This document shows positions 23,999 to 34,098 of a stretch of DNA of 64,000 bases, piece after piece. Source of the DNA: Fistulifera solaris (lineage: Eukaryota). Made by a program: the position numbers and the translations under genes. A model generated the notes under the pieces. The model made no database searches and was not told where the DNA came from. It saw only the letters and a program-made list of their open reading frames with translations. Numbering within the stretch: position 1 is the stretch's first letter; every line of letters begins with the position of its first letter. Location of the stretch: contig AP026147.1 of the NCBI GenBank assembly GCA_030295235.1, forward strand, positions 1 through 64,000, in the 5' to 3' direction.

Positions 23999-24767
23999 GT
24001 TGGTTGAGATGAGCAAGCGTCGAAAAGTGATAAATGAAGATGAATTATTTTTTTGCGCAGTTCAAAAAAGTGAGCATTAGAAAAGTTTCTGTTTCGGCAA
24101 GCAATCAAGTACGGTATCAAGTTTACTCGAGTATCTGCGAAAGGGACAAAGAAAACTGCTGAGCAGAGAGGAGTCATTTTTCTTTGCGGTGCGGATGATA
24201 ATCGGAAATCGCGTAAGTAATTCGGATTCGGAAGCAAGGCACAGTATCGTGAACAGTACTATTTGTAGCGAGCCACAACTCTCATAGCTCATAGCTCATG
24301 CTCTTAGCGGTTAGCGGTTAGCGGCCTATCTACATGGTTACGGGGCGAGTTGTGAGTCGTGATTCGTCTTCAATCCTAAAACGTTATTCATTCGTGATTA
24401 TTATTTAAACTACTAGACCTGCTCCGTTCCTCTTTCTTGTTCTTGTTCAATAATTGTTCAATTGCTTCTTGAACACGAATCATGCTTACCAACATTCTTT
24501 GGGTCGTGAGTGAGTCGTCGTCTAGACAGCTACGATCCGTGATTTCAAGGGATCGGTGCTAAGTAACGTCTCGAGAGAGCTAGCGAGAAACAACTCAGAC
24601 ACTCAGACGACTATGGTCAATGATGATGCTAATCGGACTCATTACTATTTGCATCTCGAACGTCGGCACTCGGAACTTAACATCATTGCAAAGAGTTCAT
24701 CAGATGCTCAAGCAATTTTGCTAGTAGCATTGTACAGTCTAATTGACTTGAATTAAGAAAACATTTT

Positions 24768-25363
24768 TCATGTGCGTTCGACTGAGCCAGTCATGGCATT
24801 CTCTCCATTTGTGAATGCCCTCTTGGCTCGACCTACATCACCTATGCCCCCGCCAGAATCTTCCACTGCTACCTCGATGTGGGCGCCATCTCGCTTTCGT
24901 GTGATCCGAATGGAGCTCACTACCGACATCAAGCACGGCGCTATCTCCCTTTTTCAAAAACCTTTGTAAAATAACATCACTGAGCGGATCCTCTACATAG
25001 CGCTGTGCGGCTCTCCGCATGGGACGGGCTCCAAACTCATCCGCATGGGCACTACCTTCGCGCAAGACTTGCGATAACAATGGCGGATTGACTATGATTT
25101 CCATTTCAGCGTGTTACAATGCTTGTTGAATAGTCAGCTCCGCCAGCATAGCTAGTTGTGCTGAATCCAGAGGAGCAAATACAACAATTTCGTCAATACG
25201 GATCAGAAATTCAGCGCGCATCGTGGATTCCCTTTCATCTTTGACGACTCTTGAATGTATCAAAAATCATATAGCATATCGGGTGAGTCCATTGACTGTA
25301 TAATTCCTTCAGCAAAAATGCTAGCGTCCTCTTCACTTCATTGTTCGATAGTTTCTTTGAAAC
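24768..25363 (-). pseudogene. Duplicated 3' fragment of the Clp chaperone gene
   Basis: [36 protein letters not shown], homologous to 34100-34690, with in-frame stops. Confidence 0.9.
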
Positions 25364-26002
25364 AGGAAGGCGGCTTCGTGTATCCTGTGGACTTGTACAT
25401 CGACAAAGATGGTAGAATCGTCGGCGAATGACACGTACAGGATATATGATCTTCGCATTGTCAAATGTCCCGATGTCGAAGAAGAAGAAATCGCCAATGA
25501 GGAGCTCAACGAACCGTGTGTGGATTGGGAGACGACTGCCGCGGCGTATGAAAATGCTTGGACGCAATGAAAAGCTCCTTCTTACGACACTTTTGGCTTC
25601 TCGTTTGACGAAATCACGCCTTCCGTGACGAGCACTGTCTTCCATGGCGAATCGTTGGTCGAAGACGAATCATTACCGTTTTCGAAATTGCGGACCCCCG
25701 AAGACTTTTGGAGCTTGATTCAAACAGAATGCATTCAAGACTGTCCTGTTAGTGGAGCTCATTCATGTAAAATCAAGTACGCAATGCATGAAGAAGATGG
25801 CTTTATGTTCCCCGAGGTAATGGACGTTGTTCGAAATTCCTTTGATGGATTCCTTGCTCGAATTGAAGATGTCCAGGTTATTCCTTGCCCAGAAGAAAGA
25901 GAAGAAAGCGAAGAGAACAGCAGCATAAAGAAGGAAAAACCGAAGAATAAGGAAAAGAAAAGCAAATCGCTCCGAAAGAATAAAAAAGCCCATCAGAAAT
26001 AA
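25364..26002 (+). pseudogene. Duplicated 3' fragment of module protein 4
   Basis: Last module and Lys tail; W-to-TGA change near 25568; no 5' end. Confidence 0.85.
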
Positions 26003-27025
26003 ATAATACTCCGTATAATGTCGATTGCTGTGTTTCCAACAGTTTTTCAGTAGTCTAGCACCCTGGCGAATGCCGCGGTCAAATGTGATCCGAGTCGTCC
26101 GCTCATCGCCGACATTTGCCTTTGGTGAAACGTCTTAGGAAGATTGTCATCGATGGGGGAAACAGGGCTATTCTTCCTAGCTGTCTCAATTGAAGTGCAG
26201 CCAATAATTGTCGTATTTGATTGCAAAAGTCGAAGCGGCGTAACATTCCCTATTGATGCTGGACCTGACACGTACGGTTGACGCTGACGAATAAACGGCA
26301 TTATTCCTTGGTGAGCTTTTTCCTTGTTGAGCTTTTCATCATTATAACTTTTTTCTTTCAAGGAACTGTAGCTGATTGCCGTGCGTAAAAATTGATTAAA
26401 AGAATGGCTGGTTGAACCAACACGAGAAAGTCAAATTAAATAACGGTCGCCTTCTGTTTTGCTGAGCGGGCGGGCTATGAAAAGCATACGCGAAACACCG
26501 GATACATGTTACTCCTTTCAAAATAGACTAAGGGATTCAAACGAGTGACAAAGGGGGCGTTTGATGGAGTTCAATCAACGAAAAGAGTAATGACTCGCTT
26601 CGATCAAACACAAAAAATACTCCGCCTTAGACTATACTGTACTTCGGATCGCTCTTAACAATAGGCGAGTCGTGAGTGAGTCGTGATACGTGATTTTATT
26701 GTGCCAGAATAGAAAAGTCCGAAAAGTTTTACTTTCGCTGTGACAAGGGGGTGTGGGGGTGGAATTTTTGAGAATCCATGGACTTATTTTGGACTTTACT
26801 TTGGTCGAATGTATGTTAAATGACTCGCCACAGGTCATTGATACTACTACTATAGGTTATTGTTGCAAAATTTTCAAAATATCAATGAAGTACTAAGATG
26901 TACGAAAAATCATTTGTTTTTGTCGAAAGAAAGCATGCAGTATCACTTATAAAGTGGGCTTATTTATTCCGTTGGAGTCAAATGGACGGCCGGCTTCTTG
27001 ACCGTTTGTTCCTACAAAAAAAGCC

Positions 27026-27535
27026 TTATTCCATAAAAGCATTCTTTATGTTGTTGATGTTTGCTAGTATCTCGGCAGGCGACTCAGAAGGGAATAGGAC
27101 TAGGCCCGTGCTAGCATTCAACATTGGCAGTTCCTCTTCTTCCATTTCAGAATCATTGTTATCACCACTGCATTGCAGCTTGTCATTGTGCGGAGACTCA
27201 TCTTCAAATGTTGACAACTCGTCGTCACTTTCAGATTTGTCACCTTCCTTGGGCTGCTGTGTTGCTTCGTCAACGGAGACATCAACATCCATTGACTGAT
27301 TTGTGTAATTGCCCTGATCTTCTTGTCGGTCCATGATATCCAAATCCATGCCAACAACATGGGATGAACTATGCATTGCTTGAAGTAAGATGACGAGCAA
27401 GACGATGTGGTGGCAGTTTATATCCATATTCATGCTGAAGGTAAATATAAAAGTGGGGCACGCTCGGTCGAATTCTGACGTAGGCGCGCGAAAACGCGCA
27501 TGGGGTCGAGTTTCCCAAAAGTTTCCCAGTTAGTG
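27026..27535 (-). other. Acidic hypothetical ORF (27433-27026) downstream of a CACTA-like terminus
   Basis: The minus strand begins CACTAACTGGGAAACTTTTGGGAAACT at 27535, with a GCGCG-AAAA-CGCGC hairpin. No matching second end found. Confidence 0.3.
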
Positions 27536-27622
27536 TTTTCCATTTAGGCGTTCTCCCAATTTTGGCGAATAAATATCCGTTGTTAAAGCGTGACTTGACC
27601 CACCAAGATTGTGACCCGTGGG

Positions 27623-28603
27623 CAGGCCTCTTTAATCCAGTATCCGCACTGATTTACTGGATTTACCTTATTTCAGTGGGTTTTAGAAGGTCGAAACAGT
27701 AAAAATGCGTTAAAATCGGTAAATTACGTAGACCTACGTAGAAAGCCTACCATACCGTAAGCCTTACCTTTTCCTAAGGCTGTTTAGCGACAATTGCACA
27801 AAAAAGTGCTTAATAAACCGCTTATTTGAGGCATATAACAAAACCATATTCGTTATTTTGCCTAGAGGATTCAAGGAATCAATAAGTTCAGAAAACGAGT
27901 ACCAAATGGTACCTCTTTGGAATTTATGTCACGGAAAATAGATGTGATTTAGATGGGATTTAGTTGCATATTCGTTTCCTTTTCGAGCCCAATTCCATCA
28001 AATCAGCGTTTGACTTCTTTCTATGGTAATGTCACTCATCTTAAAAGCACTAGGAACTTATCCGTCTCTCTGGAACTAGATGACTAGATCATTGAGTTTC
28101 GACGAACACTTAACAGCATCTCTACATCACTAAGTGGGTGACTGATTTCCGTAATCATAACATTCAAATTGAAAGATACCCATTTTTCGCCTTAATCATT
28201 ATGACTGAGGTCTTTTGATTGCTGAAGGCGATTGCCGCGATTGGAGCACCTAGCACTGATATCGTCCTTTACCTCGTATAACGACATAAAGATAGGTAGC
28301 AAGTTTTTTATTAAAACTGCAATAGTTAAATGTTAGAGATAGTAACGTTTTTAAACGTGAAGAAAGTGCTGAGCACGTTTATTAAGTTGGCTTTGTATCA
28401 TTAATTTCGATTCCATCTACGTAGCAAGCCTTACGTAGCCAATCAGATTGTTCTACAGTCCCGGTTGAGACCCTCTCAGCCAATCAGAAAACGATACTTG
28501 GTCCACCCTGACTTACTGAAATATCTTATTTCAGTGTGTTTTGGAACCTTCCACAAGGATAAAACGTACTGTTTTCCCAAAATCACTGATTTATAGAGGC
28601 CTG
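27623..28603. mobile_element. Non-autonomous hAT element (981 bp)
   Basis: TIRs CAGGCCTCTTTAATCCAGT and ACTGATTTATAGAGGCCTG; perfect 8-bp TSD CCCGTGGG at 27615-27622 and 28604-28611; AT-rich interior with no long ORF. Confidence 0.92.
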
Positions 28604-28904
28604 CCCGTGGGCTAATATATTTGTTGCTGGTAACACCTGTCTATGAACAAGTGGTGTTCATTGTTCAAGAATCAAGTCTTTCAGAACAAGCTTGTAGATA
28701 AATCTTGGAAATTCAATTAATGCTAGACTGTAGACTGTCTGAGAACAAGTGGTCTTTTATGACAAGCTTGAATGTTCACTGTTCACTACGCACGGAGAAT
28801 TTATTGGCTGTTAGTAGAGACTGTCTATGAACAAAAAATGGTGTTCATTACTTCAGAATAAATTCTTAGCGTCTGTTCTGCGAACAATGAATGTTCACTA
28901 CAAA

Positions 28905-31900
28905 CAATACAACCATTCCAGAATTTCTGGAACGGGCACAGAATTTATGTATGATCCAAACAACTGATTCCAGATATCTGGAACGACTACAGAATCTCTG
29001 TTTGACCCAAAACACCCATTTCAGAATTTCGGAACAACCGCAGAGTCTCTATTTGACCCAAATAACCATTTCCAGAATTTCTGGAACGACCACCGAATCT
29101 CTGTTTGTGCCAAAATATAGATTCCAGAATTTCTGGAACGTGCACAGAATCTAGTCAATGTTTGATACAAATCAGCGATTCCAGAATATCTGGAACGACC
29201 AAAGAATCTCTGTATGTCGCAAAACAACGATTCCACAATATCTGGAACCCAATACAACCATTCCAGAATTTCTGGAACGAGCACAGAATCTATATACAAT
29301 CCAAAAAAGTGATTCCAGATATTTGGAACGACTACAGAATCTCTGTTTGACCCAAATTACCGATTCCAGAATTTCTGGGACGACCACAAAACCTCTGTTT
29401 GTCCCAAAATACAGATTCCAGAAATTCTAGAACGATAACAGAATCTCTGTTTGACCCAATACAACAGTTCCCGAATATCTGGAACGGGCACAGAATCTCT
29501 GTTTGACCCAAAACAATTATTCCTGAATTTCTGGAACGACCACAGAATCGCTGTTCGACTCAAGCTTCAATCCCAGAATTTCTTGAACGACCACTGAATC
29601 TCTGTTTGTTCCAAAAACTTTCCGGAATTTCTGGAACGGGCATAGAATCTCTGCTCGACCCAAAAACACCCATTCCAGAACTTCTGGAACAACCACCGCA
29701 TCTCTGTTTGGTCAAAAATATATCTCTGTTCGGGAAAAAAAGAGGTAGGACATTTTTGGGTACTGATTTATTTTTATCAAAATTCAATGCAATGCTAACA
29801 AATTTAGGCTTGTTAAAAAGCTTAAAATGAGTAGCTTCTATCTATATACTTATATTATTTTGAAATTGATTTTAAAAAGGCGAAAATCGAGTACCAAAAA
29901 TGTCCTACCTCTTTTTTTTCTGAGTAGATTCTATTATTTCTGAAACGACCACAGAATCTCTGTTTCACTCAAATTACCAATTCCAGAACTTCTGGAACGA
30001 CTACAGAATTTCTTTTGGACCCAATACAACATTTCCCGAATTTCTGGAACGAGAGAATTGTCTGTTTGATCCAAAACACACTTTCCAGAATTTCTGGAAT
30101 GACAAAAGAATTTCTGTTTGTTCCAAATCACCGATCCCAGAATTTCTGGAACGACCACTGAACCTCTGTTTGTTCCAAAAGACACTTTCCAGAATTTCTG
30201 GGACGACCAAAAAAATTCTGTTTAATCCAAGTTACCGATTCCAGAATCCCGGAACAACCACAAACTTTTGTACGACGGAAGACAACAATTCCTGATTTCT
30301 GGAACAGTCACAGAATCTCTGTTTGCCCCCAAAACAACATTCCTGAAATTCTGGAACGACCAATGAATCTCTGTTTGTTCCAAAACACACTTACCAGAAT
30401 TTCTGGGACGACCAAACAAATTATGTTTGATACAAGTTACCAATTCCAGAATTTCTGGAACGACCACAGAATCAATGTTTAACCCATTTACCGATTCCAC
30501 AATTTCTGGAACGACCACAAACTTTCGTATGATCCAAATTACCTATTCTAGAATTTCTGGAACGACCACCGAATCTCTGATCGTCCCAAAACACAATTTC
30601 CAGACTGTCTGGAACGACCAAAGAAATTCTGTTTGATCCAAATCACCGATTCCTGAACTTCCGGAACGGGCACAGAATCTATATTTGACCCAAAACAGCG
30701 ATTCCTGAATTTCTGGAACCTCCACAGACTTTCGTATGACCCAAATTACCGATTCCAGAATTTCTGGAATGCCCACAGAATCTCTGTATTACTCAAAACA
30801 ACTAGTCCAGAATTTCTGGAACGACCACAGCTTTGTTTGATCCAAATTAATTACCGATTCTAGAATTTCTGGAACGACCACCGAATCTCTGATCGTTACA
30901 AAACACAATTTCCAGACTGTCTGGAACGACCAAAGAAACTGTTTGAGCCAAATCACCGATTCCCGAACTTCCGGAACGGGCACAGAATCTATGTTTGACC
31001 AAAAACAACGATCCTGAATTTCTGGAACCTCCAAGGACTTTCGTATGACCCAAATTACTGATTCCAGAATTTCTGGAATGACCACAGAATCTCTGTATTA
31101 CTCAAAACAACTAGTCCAGAATTTCTGGAATGATTCAAGAATTTCTGGAACGACTACAGAATCTCTGTTTGACCCAAAGCACCGATTCCAGAATTTCTGG
31201 AACGACCACAGAATCTCTGTATTACTCAAAACAACTAGTCCAGAATTTCTGGAATGACCACAGAATCTCTGTTTGATCCAAATTACCGATTATTCCAAAA
31301 TTTCTGGAACAACTACAGAATCTCTGTTTGACCCAAAGCACCGATTCCAGAATTTCTGGAACGACCACAGAATCTCTGTATTACTCAAAACAACTAGTCC
31401 AGAATTTCTGGAATGACCACAGAATCTCTGTTTGATCCAAATTACCGATTATTCCAAAATTTCTGGAACAACTACAGAATCTCTGTTTGACCCAAAGCAC
31501 CGATTCCAGAAATTCTGGAACGACCACAGAATCTCTTTTGACCAAAACAACTAGTCAAGAATTTCTGGAACGGCCACAGAATCTCTGTTTTATGCAAATT
31601 ACCTATTCCAGAATTTCTGGAACGACCACAGACTTTCGTATGACTCAATTACCGATTCCAGAATTTCTGGAACGACCACAGAGTTTCTGTACTACTCAAA
31701 ACAACTAGTCCAGAATTTCTGAAACGACCACAGAATGTCTGTTTGATCCAAATTACCGATTATTCCAGAATTTCTGGAACGACTACAGAATCTCTGTTTG
31801 ACCAAAAACACTGATTCCAGAATTTCTGGAACGACCAAAGAATCTATGTTTGACCCACAACAACTAGTCCAGAATTTCTGGAACGACCACAGAATCTCTG

Positions 31901-32150
31901 TTTTATCCAAATTACCGATTTGAGAATTTCTGGAACGACCACATTCTTTCGTATGACCCAAATTGCCGGTTCCAGAATTTCTAGAACTAATACAGAATTT
32001 CTGTATTACTCAAAACAACTAGTCCAGAATTTCTTGATCGAACACAGAATCTCTGTTTGATCCAAATCACCGATTCCAGAATTTCTGGAACGAGAACAGA
32101 GGAGCCTTTGTTTGACCGCAAACAATTTTTAAAATCCATACAGAATCTCT
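28905..32150. repeat. Satellite with ~52-bp monomer around the palindrome TTCCAGAA-T-TTCTGGAA
   Basis: Approximate consensus TTCCAGAATTTCTGGAACGACCACAGAATCTCTGTTTGACCCAAATTACCGA, more than 50 copies; higher-order periods ~159 and ~312 bp. Confidence 0.95.
29726..29927. mobile_element. MITE (~200 bp) inserted in the satellite
   Basis: Inverted ends GAAAAAAAGAGGTAGGACATTTTTGG and CCAAAAATGTCCTACCTCTTTTTTTTC around an AT-rich core. TSD unresolved. Confidence 0.8.
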
Positions 32151-32845
32151 GTTAAGCTTATGTCGTCAGACACTGATTCCATAATTCTTTCATTTTTTAG
32201 GGCTACTCCGGAGTCACGTAGTATTCTTTCTCATGTCCTTAACCTTAACTTTTCCGCCTCTCAGGGGCGCCTGCCACAATCCTAAACTACTTTAATTTGC
32301 TATACTTGGGTGATGGTACGACATGATCTGGATGAGTTTTTCTTGTTATGTGGCGGACGAGAGGGCCGAAGACGAAACGGAAGACACGATGGAAATGAAT
32401 GATGATCGGTTCGTTCCGCATAAATCATTTCGATCTTCTGCCAAACTCGCAAAGAAAACGCAAAAGTCAGCGAACGACTTTTATAGACTTCGCTCACCGG
32501 AGCGATCGCCTCTTGTGAACAATCTCCTTCGCTTCACACAAGACGGAGGAAACGTAGGCACACATTCGCCTTTCGGATGGCGACGACACGTTAGTCTGTG
32601 TAAGCATTCAATAGCGATATCCGTCGATAGCAAACGCAGTTTCATTCGATTCTTCAGCAGAAGTTGTATTCTGCTTTCAAATTTTCTCGTCGCTTTCCCA
32701 ATTAGAAATCATATTGTACTGAAAGAGCAAACGAAATGCTCGCGACTTGCAATGCGCTTGAATACGAACAGCTTAACGATATTTTGCAGCTGATTTATAT
32801 ATGTTACCCTAGTTTTACGATGTCTGTCTGATATGGCCTTGTTTC

Positions 32846-33321
32846 TTATCCGCATTTACCAAAGCGAACATTTTCAATGATGTAGTTGGTATGATCATAG
32901 ACGTCGTCTTCGTCATAGCTGATCGAAATGAACCAGGGATACACCAACCCCGTCTTCTTATCCGTCTTGTATTCAATATGGCACCTGTAAGACACACCGT
33001 TTTCCGGGCAACCTTGAATGCACTCTTTTTGATCAACTTATAAAAGTCGTTAATGGTCAGCAAGGCGCGGTAAGGCTTCTTGCGCAAAGACACACCGTTT
33101 TTGATGACGCGTTTGACGTCTGGCGCGTATTCCAATGCCGCATCATGAAAGGTGAAGCTGTAGCAGGATGGTTCTTTCCACTTGGCGTAAGCCTTTTTGA
33201 ACTTCTTGTTGTTCACCTGCCAATCGAGGCATACCACTTCGTCGTACACCTCGTCGTAATCGGCGGTTGCGACAACGGCAATGAGAAAGAGGAGCAAAAG
33301 TGAGATCAATTTGCGGAACAT
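32846..33321 (-). CDS. Basic single-module secreted protein B (paralog of 23528-23998)
   Basis: Signal peptide and module. One base missing at the T run near 33028 breaks KKECIQGCP; the homologous stop is at 32846. Confidence 0.8.
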
Positions 33322-34098
33322 GTTGGTTCAGATGAGCAATCGTTGAAAGTTGATTGGCGTAGATGGGATGCAGTTCAAAAATGTGAGCATTAGAAAAGAT
33401 ATTTTTTGGGCAAGTTCATTCGGATTCGGAAGCAAGTCACTAAGGAGTCACTGTGTCGTGAATCGTGAACAGTTATTATCAATTTCAGCGGAAAGTTGTG
33501 AGTCGTGAGCCTTAAATCATAGTCCATAGTCTACTCATAACTTTATTCGTGATTATTGATTATTCTAAACTTTAAACTACTTTAGGTACCGTACCTTTAG
33601 GTCTACTGTATCTCTGTACTTGTACCTCTCTTTTTTTTTTCGTTCTTTGTTCCTTGTTCAATACTCCGTAGTACGGAGTATTCAATTGCGTCTTGAACAC
33701 GGATCGTGCTTACCAACATTTCGATACTACATAGTGAGGAGAAGTCGTCTTCGCCAAGGTCTTCGCATGAGCCATGAGCCATGAGCCATGAGAGATGAGA
33801 GATGAGAGTTCATTGTTCTTTCAAAGACGAATGAAACTCTTGTTCGTCAATGAAGCAGCTGTGATCGGTGATTACAAGGGCTCAATGCTAGTTAACCTCT
33901 ATCAAGAGCTATAGCGAGAGAAAACTGACACTCACACGACTATGGTCAATAATGAAGCTACCTGGTAAACAAACTCGTTATTTGCATCTTGAACGTCGGC
34001 ACTCGGCACTCGGCACTCGGAACCTAAGATCATCTTAAGAGTTCGCCTGGCGCTCAACCAATTTAGCTTGTATTATACAGTCTAAGTGACTATGTAAC

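Noticed and set aside
24304..24324. Interstitial telomere-like (TTAGCGG)3
   Set aside because: Only three 7-bp units; fits the general 7-bp duplication pattern better.
28891..31961. Many short repetitive ORFs (RISGTTTESL / FQNFWND)
   Set aside because: Translations of a 52-bp satellite that cycles through frames with frequent stops.
28905..32150. CRISPR-like array of palindromic repeats
   Set aside because: The intervening sequences are homologous to each other rather than unique spacers; no cas genes; eukaryotic context.
28784..32223. CACTA element enclosing the satellite (CACTACG ... CGTAGTA)
   Set aside because: The right end is a poor match and there is no TSD.
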